In this document: positions 1 to 6,790 of the stretch, piece by piece
Position numbering within the stretch: position 1 is the stretch's first letter
How the letters are laid out: each line of letters starts with the position of its first letter
NCBI GenBank assembly: GCA_018304045.1
Contig: JAGVWZ010000008.1
Location: 1-9,485 of the forward strand
Source: Candidatus Pacearchaeota archaeon
GTDB lineage: Archaea; Nanobdellota; Nanobdellia; Pacearchaeales; GW2011-AR1
DNA: 9,485 nucleotides
Direction: 5' to 3'
Made by a program: the position numbers and the translations under genes
The notes under the pieces: model-generated
Databases searched by the model: none
What the model was told of the DNA's origin: nothing
What the model saw: only the letters and a program-made list of their open reading frames with translations

Positions 1-67
1 AAAGGGCAATGAAGTATATAGAGAATCAAGAAATGCATCATAGTCCGGTTTCAATTTACTAAGGACG

Positions 68-87
68 CCGTCCACTTTAGTGGACGG
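68..87. terminator. GC-rich perfect hairpin (CCGTCCAC-TTTA-GTGGACGG) 11 nt past the livF stop; possible terminator or operon-boundary element
   Basis: The 8-bp perfect stem 68-75/80-87 with a 4-nt loop stands out in AT-rich sequence and lies directly downstream of the last gene of the minus-strand operon. No U/T tract follows on either strand, so terminator function is uncertain. Confidence 0.3.
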
Positions 88-98
88 AGGATGTCACA

Positions 99-803
99 TT
101 ATTCCCCACCAAAATAAATATTCTTAACTCGCTTATCCTTTAGGATTTCCTTTCCACCAGTTAACCCGATCTTTCCACCTTCAAGAACATAGGTTCTATC
201 GGCAATACTAACTGCAGCCTTTGCATTTTGTTCAACAATTATAATCGTAACTCCTTTTTTGCTTATTTCAATAACCTTATCAAATATTTCTTTCATTGCC
301 TTTGGACTTAGTCCAAGTGATGGCTCATCTAACAACAATAGTTTAGGATCTTGAATTAAAGCTCTTCCCATTGCAAGCAATTGTTGTTGTCCACCTGATA
401 AAGTATAGGCATAATCATTTTCCCTTTCCTTTAAAAAAGGAAAAAATCCATAGATCATCTTCAGGTTTCTATCCACAACTTCTTTTTCACCTATAATAAA
501 AGCACCCATTTCCAAATTCTCCTTAACAGTTAAATCAGAAAATACTTGTCTTCCCTGTGGAACAAAACTAATTCCCTCATAGATTAAATCATGGGTAGGA
601 AGTTTTGTAATATCTTTGTCGTCAAAGATAATCTTTCCAGAATTAACCTGACATAGATTAAATATACTCTTAAGAAGAGTTGATTTTCCAGCTCCGTTTG
701 GTCCAATTATTGCAATTATCTCTCCATTTTTAACATCCATGCTTACATCCTTAAGTATTTCATTTCCACCATAACCTGCAAAAATATTTTTTATCTCAAG
801 CAT
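99..803 (-). CDS. livF: Branched-chain/hydrophobic amino-acid ABC transporter ATP-binding protein, LivF/BraG type
   Basis: 234-aa ORF with Walker A GPNGAGKST, ABC signature LSGGQQQ, Walker B LLLLDEPSLGLSP and the IIIVEQN segment typical of LivF. There is a 1-nt gap to the upstream binding-protein gene. TAA stop. Confidence 0.9.
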   Translation of the reverse strand: MLEIKNIFAGYGGNEILKDVSMDVKNGEIIAIIGPNGAGKSTLLKSIFNLCQVNSGKIIFDDKDITKLPTHDLIYEGISFVPQGRQVFSDLTVKENLEMGAFIIGEKEVVDRNLKMIYGFFPFLKERENDYAYTLSGGQQQLLAMGRALIQDPKLLLLDEPSLGLSPKAMKEIFDKVIEISKKGVTIIIVEQNAKAAVSIADRTYVLEGGKIGLTGGKEILKDKRVKNIYFGGE

Positions 804-804
804 T

Positions 805-1947
805 TTAATTTAATTCTTCCCATTTAGCATTGACTACTTTGATTAGGAGTACATCTCTTTTTGAAACCCCATCTGTATCAAATTTTAAATATCCCCCTAC
901 GCCATCATATTTTATAGAAAGTATTTGAGTAGCAATACAATCTTTATCTCCTATCTTGCCTTTACAGGTTTTTAATGCATTTGTAATAACATAAAGGTCA
1001 TCGTATGTATATACTGCATCAGCAGTAGGTAGTATGTTATATTTTTGTTTGTATTTTTCAATAAAATTAACCTGTATTTTTTTATCTGGAACTTCTGAAA
1101 GACCATACCAAGAACTTATCGCACCATTTTCTTCAAATAATTGTCTCATTTCTAATGTATCTGATGCAGGTAATAATAGAGCTACCCAATGAAAAGTTGG
1201 AACATTAATTGAGTTTAATTCCTTTAACTGCTTCATTAAAATAGGCTCGTGTCTCCAGCTACATACGACAAGTGCATCAACATTTTTTAAATTTAATTTT
1301 AAAAGATTTGTTTTTAAATCAGTTTCTGTTGTTTGATATTGTTCTCTTGTTGTGACATTTATTCCTAATTTTGATGCTTCCTCTAAAAATCCTTGTTCAT
1401 ATTGTATACATTGATCACTAACTTCTGTAAGAAATGCTACTTTTTTATGCCCTTGTTGATTTACAACATCAGCGATTGCTTTACCATTATCTGTTGCGTC
1501 ATAATAATCTCTGAAGGCATATTTATTTTCTCTTGCAATATCCGGTATTGTTGAAGCATAAAAAAGTATTTTTTTGTTATCAAATACCGTTTTTTTAATC
1601 GCGTTGGTTACATGAGTAAATGCTGAAAAAATTACTTCTGAATTGTCTACATTAATGAGTTTATTGATATTATTTACTGCTTCGGTTGCATCACCTTTGT
1701 TATCTTCAGCAATAACCTGTAATTTCCTACCATTTATACCCCCATTATTATTTATTTCTTCTGCTGCCATTATTAAACCATTTAATTCCTGTTGTCCGAT
1801 ATAGGTGTATTTACCAGACAATGCTAGTGTAGCACCGATCTTAATCGTCCCATCTTTCTGATGAGAAGTATTATACCAAATTCCAGTGATAATCACCATA
1901 ACTAAAACAATTATTCCAATAACAATAAATTTATTTCTTTTTTTCAT
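805..1947 (-). CDS. LivJ/LivK-family (Peripla_BP_6-like) amino-acid binding protein, paralog 4 (class A, has the GGING motif), N-terminally membrane-anchored
   Basis: 380-aa ORF. The N-terminus is MKKRNK plus a hydrophobic span FIVIGIIVLVMVIITGIW with no lipobox Cys. It then reads TIKIGATLALSG, EEINNNGGINGRK and PDIARENKYAFRDY, matching the LivK-like pattern. Closest in pattern to the ORF at 6787-7908. Confidence 0.82.
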   Translation of the reverse strand: MKKRNKFIVIGIIVLVMVIITGIWYNTSHQKDGTIKIGATLALSGKYTYIGQQELNGLIMAAEEINNNGGINGRKLQVIAEDNKGDATEAVNNINKLINVDNSEVIFSAFTHVTNAIKKTVFDNKKILFYASTIPDIARENKYAFRDYYDATDNGKAIADVVNQQGHKKVAFLTEVSDQCIQYEQGFLEEASKLGINVTTREQYQTTETDLKTNLLKLNLKNVDALVVCSWRHEPILMKQLKELNSINVPTFHWVALLLPASDTLEMRQLFEENGAISSWYGLSEVPDKKIQVNFIEKYKQKYNILPTADAVYTYDDLYVITNALKTCKGKIGDKDCIATQILSIKYDGVGGYLKFDTDGVSKRDVLLIKVVNAKWEELN

Positions 1948-1976
1948 ATTTATTTAATTACATTTATATTTTTAAA

Positions 1977-2711
1977 CTAATCCCCTAAATAAGCCTCCAA
2001 AACTTTTGGATTTGTTTTAATTTGTTTAGGACTTCCTTGTGCAATGACTTTTCCACTATCTAAAACAACCACCTTATCTGAAACATTTAATGTAAAATTC
2101 ATATCATGCTCAATTAAGAGGATTGTTTCCCCTTGCTTTTTTAATTTTAATAATAATTCCGAAATCTCTTTTCTAAGTGGCGGAGTAACTCCTGCAACAG
2201 GTTCATCCAACATTAGAAATTTATGAGGTTTCACAAGAGCTCTTGCAATTTCAGCAAGTCTTTTTTGACCAAAACTAAGATTCTTAGCCTGCTTATCCAT
2301 AAATGCTGTAATGCTAGTTAATTTAGCAATTTCATTTATTTTATCTCCCTTTTCCCTATCAAGTTTATAGCCAATTAAATTTTTCCAAAATCTAGTGTTA
2401 TCTTCATCAATTGCCATAATTAAATTTTCTCTAACACTTAAATTTCCAAAAAGTCTTGGTTGCTGGAATAATCTAGATATCCCAAGATTAGATGTTTCTT
2501 CAACAGTCATATGGGTTATTTCAATTCCATCAAAAAGAGTTTTTCCAGAATCTTCTTTGAGTATTCCAGAAATAAGATTAAATACTGTAGTTTTTCCACT
2601 TCCATTAGGTCCAATAAGTGCAGTTATCTTTCCTTTTTCAATTTTAAAACTACAATCATCAACAGCCTTTACTCCTCCAAAATATCTTTTTAAGTTTTTT
2701 ATCTCAAGCAT
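1977..2711 (-). CDS. livG: Branched-chain/hydrophobic amino-acid ABC transporter ATP-binding protein, LivG/BraF type
   Basis: 244-aa ORF with the FGGVKAVDD N-terminal motif, Walker A GPNGSGKTT, signature LSFGQKRL, Walker B FLMLDEPVAGV, LLIEHDM and the C-terminal NPKVLEAYLG tail characteristic of LivG. TAG stop. Confidence 0.9.
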   Translation of the reverse strand: MLEIKNLKRYFGGVKAVDDCSFKIEKGKITALIGPNGSGKTTVFNLISGILKEDSGKTLFDGIEITHMTVEETSNLGISRLFQQPRLFGNLSVRENLIMAIDEDNTRFWKNLIGYKLDREKGDKINEIAKLTSITAFMDKQAKNLSFGQKRLAEIARALVKPHKFLMLDEPVAGVTPPLRKEISELLLKLKKQGETILLIEHDMNFTLNVSDKVVVLDSGKVIAQGSPKQIKTNPKVLEAYLGD

Positions 2712-2716
2712 TTTAA

Positions 2717-3814
2717 TTATATTGTATATTTCACAATCTCTCCGTTATTATTAATTTTCTTTAATATGACTGGAATTAAAAAGCCCCTATCTTCATTTGA
2801 TTCACTATAGGATATATTCCCAACAACTCCATTAAAACCTTTAATATTTTTTAATGAGTTAATTACAGTATCTTTATCTTTATAATTTACCTTTTTTAAA
2901 AGCATATAAGTAATATCATATGCTCCGCCAGCATAACCTAGTTGGCTATTTGTTTTAAATTTATTATTATATTTAATAATAAACTCATCAGAAACATCCA
3001 TATTTGCAAATACAATTCCATTCATTAATCCATTAGAAGCTTCTATTTCAGGTTTACTTTCAAAAAAATCAGTTCCAAAGGTGGTAATGTTAATGTTATT
3101 TTCTTTCGCTTGTTTATAGAATTGATTTATTTGCCCCCCAATTAAAAAAACTCCCAATATATCAATATCAGAGTTCTTGATTTTTAATAATGATGATCTA
3201 AAATCAGTTTCCGAAGTTTGTACATTATCAATTAGTGTTATTTTTTCATCAGGGTTTTTTTGATCTAAAACTTCTTGATAAATCATGTTCATATAATACA
3301 ATTGAGATTTTAAAATACCGATTTTTTTATAATTCTTATTCCTTAAATATTCTAGAGTCTTTTTAGAAAACTCTTCTGGAGAATAATTAAATCTTATTAT
3401 ATAAGGGCTATTTTTAGTAACCTTAGTGTCAATGCTAACAGCAATATATGGAATTGGTTTTTCTTTAACCAATGGAGCATCTGCTTCACAGGTAGCTACC
3501 CCCCAATCAACTATTAGATCAACCTGATCCGTATCCCTTAGTTTATAAAATGCAGAAACACTTTTTTTTGGATCATATTGACTATCTTCAAATATAAATT
3601 CTATATTTTTTGAATCTGCCTTTAATTCATCTTTTGCAAGTAAAATCCCATTTTGAAAAGCTATACCATATTCAGCTAATGGGCCAGTTAAAGGGACAAT
3701 AACCCCAATTTTTATTGTATCTTCACTTTTCTTTGAATTATTAACATTAACAATAATTCCAATTAGGATTAATATAATTATTATTCCAATTATAATATAA
3801 TTTTTCTTTTTCAT
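2717..3814 (-). CDS. LivJ/LivK-family amino-acid binding protein, paralog 3 (class B, no GGING loop), N-terminally membrane-anchored
   Basis: 365-aa ORF. The N-terminus is MKKKN plus a hydrophobic span with no Cys. It then reads TIKIGVIVPLTGPLAEYG, NGILLAKDELK and FEDSQYDPKK, parallel to the ORF at 5684-6790. Its ATG (3812-3814) directly abuts the stop of the HEPN gene. Confidence 0.78.
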   Translation of the reverse strand: MKKKNYIIIGIIIILILIGIIVNVNNSKKSEDTIKIGVIVPLTGPLAEYGIAFQNGILLAKDELKADSKNIEFIFEDSQYDPKKSVSAFYKLRDTDQVDLIVDWGVATCEADAPLVKEKPIPYIAVSIDTKVTKNSPYIIRFNYSPEEFSKKTLEYLRNKNYKKIGILKSQLYYMNMIYQEVLDQKNPDEKITLIDNVQTSETDFRSSLLKIKNSDIDILGVFLIGGQINQFYKQAKENNINITTFGTDFFESKPEIEASNGLMNGIVFANMDVSDEFIIKYNNKFKTNSQLGYAGGAYDITYMLLKKVNYKDKDTVINSLKNIKGFNGVVGNISYSESNEDRGFLIPVILKKINNNGEIVKYTI

Positions 3815-4231
3815 TTATATTATTATAGCATATTTATTTAATTCCTTAATCAGCTTAGGAATTTCTTTTAAAGCACCCTCTACAGTGTCTTTTTCAATGT
3901 CATTCCCATAGTAATTAATTCCATTTCTAAGTTTTCTATATCTATCAAATTTAATAGAAATATCTTTCTCACTTAAAATTTCATCTAAAAAATAAGTAAT
4001 TGATTCATGATTTAGAAATTTATATCCTTTTAAAAAACCAATAGCTTCACAATATTCTCTTAATCCTTCATAAAGTTCTCTAAATATAGTCTTTATAGTG
4101 ATATCATTAAATTCAATACTCAAGGCAGATTTTAGTGTTTGTTCTGAAGATTTTATTAGACTTTTTGCCCTAATATTATCTATCTGTATTCTTTTAACAT
4201 CCCCTTTCTCAATAAAATAATTTAAATTCAT
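3815..4231 (-). CDS. HEPN-domain protein, the putative toxin partner of the adjacent MNT (138 aa using the internal start)
   Basis: The ORF track extends to 4273, but the ATG at 4229-4231 has a perfect GGAGGT (4238-4243) 6 nt upstream. That ATG overlaps the MNT stop as TAATG. The protein is predicted helical, with LNHES (H75) and a C-proximal RKLRNGINYYG motif (R102-x4-Y107-Y108), resembling HEPN partners of archaeal MNTs. Family assignment is by motif and context only. Confidence 0.62.
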   Translation of the reverse strand: MNLNYFIEKGDVKRIQIDNIRAKSLIKSSEQTLKSALSIEFNDITIKTIFRELYEGLREYCEAIGFLKGYKFLNHESITYFLDEILSEKDISIKFDRYRKLRNGINYYGNDIEKDTVEGALKEIPKLIKELNKYAIII

Positions 4232-4773
4232 TATATTACCTCCAGTTTTCCAGAAAGTATAATTCCATTGCATAAACTATTTATTAAATCTGGATTTGTT
4301 TTTTTCATTCTTTCAAATTGTAGTTTAGAAAATCTATGTATACTTATTTTTCTATTTACTAATTTTTCATATTTTTCTGTTTTAAGATCCTTATCAATAT
4401 TAGATATAACACTAATATCTATATCACTTTTAACATCATCTGTAGCTGTTGCATAACTTCCAAATAGTATTATAATGGGTAAATCATATATTCTTTCTAT
4501 TTCTTCAATAATTTCAGATTCTCTTAATTTTTCAAGATTATAATAAAGCTTAAGGTTAAGCATTTTTCTAGAGTTAACTAACCTATAATCAGAATAAATT
4601 TTCCCTTTGTTCAAGGCGAGGTAGCCTTCTTTTACAAGTTTTTTTAGTTGTTGCATTATAGAGGTATGGTTGATATTAAGGATTCTAGAGAGTTCTCTAA
4701 TATGAAAACTTTCATTAGGACTTTCAAAAAAAGCCTTCAATACATTAAACGAACTGGTTACTTTTGTTTCCAT
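4231..4773 (-). CDS. Winged-HTH fused to a minimal nucleotidyltransferase (MNT, Pol-beta superfamily), the putative antitoxin and autoregulator
   Basis: 180-aa ORF. The N-terminus FHIRELSRILNINHTSIMQQLKKLVKEGYL looks like a wHTH. The C-terminal half carries the canonical LFGSYATATDDVKSDIDISV motif (G105-S106-x10-D117-x-D119). There is no SD before the ATG. A TATA-like octamer and a palindrome lie in the 41-nt upstream gap. Confidence 0.8.
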   Translation of the reverse strand: METKVTSSFNVLKAFFESPNESFHIRELSRILNINHTSIMQQLKKLVKEGYLALNKGKIYSDYRLVNSRKMLNLKLYYNLEKLRESEIIEEIERIYDLPIIILFGSYATATDDVKSDIDISVISNIDKDLKTEKYEKLVNRKISIHRFSKLQFERMKKTNPDLINSLCNGIILSGKLEVI

Positions 4774-4814
4774 CTGTAAACATATATTTACACTTGTTTA
4801 TAAATATTTCCACT
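4774..4814 (-). promoter_or_regulatory. Internal promoter/operator candidate for the MNT-HEPN pair and everything downstream of it
   Basis: The palindromic octamer TTTATAAA at 4797-4804 occupies -31..-24 relative to the A of the MNT ATG (4773). The inverted repeat TGTAAA-N6-TTTACA (4775-4780/4787-4792) lies between it and the ATG. No SD is present, which fits a leaderless transcript. Confidence 0.45.
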
Positions 4815-5687
4815 CTACTCCATCTCTACCCTACCAAAAAATCCCTTGGGTTTATAGATTAATATTAATAATAATATTACAGCATATAATATTTGTCTCA
4901 TTGGCCCAACAATTGAACTTGGAAAGCCTACAAATCTTAATGCTTCAGGAAGGGCCATTAGAACAAATGTAGCAATAATTGTTCCAGGAAGGCTTGCTAA
5001 GCCACCTACAATAACAATAAGAAGAACAGGAATCAATTGCATTATAGTAAAACTAGAGGGATCAATAAAAGTAATATAAGAAGCATAAAGACTTCCTGCA
5101 ATTCCTGCAAAAAATGCACTAACTCCAAGAGCGATTGATTTCATTTTAAAACTATTTTTTCCAAGAACTCTTGTTGCCAATTCATCATCCCTAATTCCTT
5201 CTAAAACCTTTCCAAATCCAGATTTTACAATTCTATTGATAATAAAATATGACCCTAGGGCAATAACAACAGCAAGTATTAAAAAACTAAAATTATCAGA
5301 AAAACTAAATCCAAATAAATTTGGTTTTGGAATTCCAGGTATTCCAAGAGGGCCCCTTGTTAATTCAGTCCAATTAAGCAATACAGCGTAAACAACAAAA
5401 CTAAATCCCATTGTTGCAAGTGCAAGATAATCTCCCTTTAATTTATGCGTAGGAATTGCAAGTATAAATCCAAATACCATTGCCATTAATCCAGCAACTA
5501 AAAAACAAAAGATAAATGGGACTCCAAGTAAAAGTAGCAAAGCAGAAGTATATGCACCAATTCCAAAAAATGCAATATGTCCAAGATTTAAAAGTCCACT
5601 AAAACCAAGACAAAGTTGCAATGCAATTGCAACAATTGCGTATATTGCAATTAAAATTAAAATATGAATTAGATATGCTTCTATCAT
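4815..5687 (-). CDS. livM: Branched-chain/hydrophobic amino-acid ABC transporter permease, LivM/BraE type
   Basis: 290-aa multi-span hydrophobic ORF with a GFSGLLNLGHIAFFGIGAYT motif typical of LivM-type permeases. ATGA overlap with the upstream binding-protein gene. TAG stop. Confidence 0.85.
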   Translation of the reverse strand: MIEAYLIHILILIAIYAIVAIALQLCLGFSGLLNLGHIAFFGIGAYTSALLLLLGVPFIFCFLVAGLMAMVFGFILAIPTHKLKGDYLALATMGFSFVVYAVLLNWTELTRGPLGIPGIPKPNLFGFSFSDNFSFLILAVVIALGSYFIINRIVKSGFGKVLEGIRDDELATRVLGKNSFKMKSIALGVSAFFAGIAGSLYASYITFIDPSSFTIMQLIPVLLIVIVGGLASLPGTIIATFVLMALPEALRFVGFPSSIVGPMRQILYAVILLLILIYKPKGFFGRVEME

Positions 5688-6790
5688 TGTGTATACAAAG
5701 TAAATTCTCCATTTTTAATTGTCTTTAATGTAAAATTATAATCTACGTCCCCATTATTATCAAAAGATAATAGTCCAAAAACAGATTTGTAATCTTTTAG
5801 ATTTGTTAAGTACTCTTTAGTACAAACATAATCTTTTTTACAGTTTTCAAATGCAAGAACGCTTAGTCTAAATGCTTCATAACCTTCTGCAGCATAAGCT
5901 TCTGGAGATTCATTATATTTCTTTTTGTATGCCTCTATGAATTTTTTTGCAGTAATGCTCTTAGAATCAATGCTAGGATAAGCATAAATAAGACCCTCAG
6001 ATTCTTCTTTTGCATTTACTAATAAATTAGGATCTTCTGCAGAATATATTGATAGATATTGAGTCTTAAAATCAATTTCTTTAGATTGTTTAAAGATATC
6101 TACATAGGTAGTTGCAGTTCCAATAATAAATACAGCATTAGGTTTTGCTTCTTTTAATTTTAATAAACTCGTTCTAAAGTCTTTAGCTTCTGTTAAGTAA
6201 CTTTCATCTCCAACAATGTTTATTTTAGAGTTGTTCTTTATTTCTTCTAATAAAGAATCTCTTGCACCTTTACCAAAATCATTATTAGCATATAAAATTC
6301 CTATCTTAGAGTAGTTTTTTTCTTCCATAAATTGGACTAATCTTTTTACATGGAGTTCTACAGAAGGAATAGTTCTAAACGATAAATCATTTGGGGTTCT
6401 AAATTTTGGAGAAGTAGATGCTATGGCTATCTGCAATATATTATCTTCAGTTGAAAGAGGTTGAACTGATAATGAAATCTGACTTGCAAGAGTTATTACA
6501 GAATCAATTTTATTTATATCCTTTAATTTTTTATATGCATCAACTCCTCCCTTAGGAGTATAAAGACTATCTTCATAAATTATTTCAAAATTATCATTTT
6601 TTAATTCTTCTTTAGCTATCTCTATACCATTTCTAGCATGTTCCCCATATATAGCCGCGCTTCCACTAAATGGAAGGATTGCTCCTATTTTGATTGTCTC
6701 CTCTTGCTTAGATTTATTATTAACATAAACAATCCCAATTATAATTACCACAACAATAATTCCAATAATCCAAATATTTCTTTTCTTCAT
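5684..6790 (-). CDS. LivJ/LivK-family amino-acid binding protein, paralog 2 (class B), N-terminally membrane-anchored
   Basis: 368-aa ORF. The N-terminus is MKKRN plus a hydrophobic span with no Cys. It then reads TIKIGAILPFSGSAAIYG, NGIEIAKEELK, YEDSLYTPKG and YANNDFGKG. ATGA overlaps at both ends, and the TGA at 5684-5686 is used as its stop. Confidence 0.82.
   Translation of the reverse strand: MKKRNIWIIGIIVVVIIIGIVYVNNKSKQEETIKIGAILPFSGSAAIYGEHARNGIEIAKEELKNDNFEIIYEDSLYTPKGGVDAYKKLKDINKIDSVITLASQISLSVQPLSTEDNILQIAIASTSPKFRTPNDLSFRTIPSVELHVKRLVQFMEEKNYSKIGILYANNDFGKGARDSLLEEIKNNSKINIVGDESYLTEAKDFRTSLLKLKEAKPNAVFIIGTATTYVDIFKQSKEIDFKTQYLSIYSAEDPNLLVNAKEESEGLIYAYPSIDSKSITAKKFIEAYKKKYNESPEAYAAEGYEAFRLSVLAFENCKKDYVCTKEYLTNLKDYKSVFGLLSFDNNGDVDYNFTLKTIKNGEFTLYTQ

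Noticed and set aside
1-62. Possible gene fragments at the left edge: plus-strand frames ending at TAG 41-43 or TAA 60-62, and a minus-strand ATGATG start at 36-41 running out of the window
   Set aside because: Each candidate has fewer than 21 codons, none shows a recognisable motif, and the readings are mutually exclusive. They cannot be supported from this window.
2044-2754. Plus-strand ORFs 2044-2226, 2395-2754 and 2511-2693, antisense to livG and the end of binding-protein paralog 3
   Set aside because: They lie wholly inside well-supported minus-strand genes. Their translations are low-complexity and rich in Ser, Phe and Ile, as expected for the reverse frames of AT-rich coding DNA. They have no SD or promoter context.
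4268-4456. Plus-strand 62-aa ORF antisense to the MNT gene
   Set aside because: It is a shadow ORF inside a gene with clear catalytic motifs. It has a hydrophobic, low-complexity translation and no translation signals.
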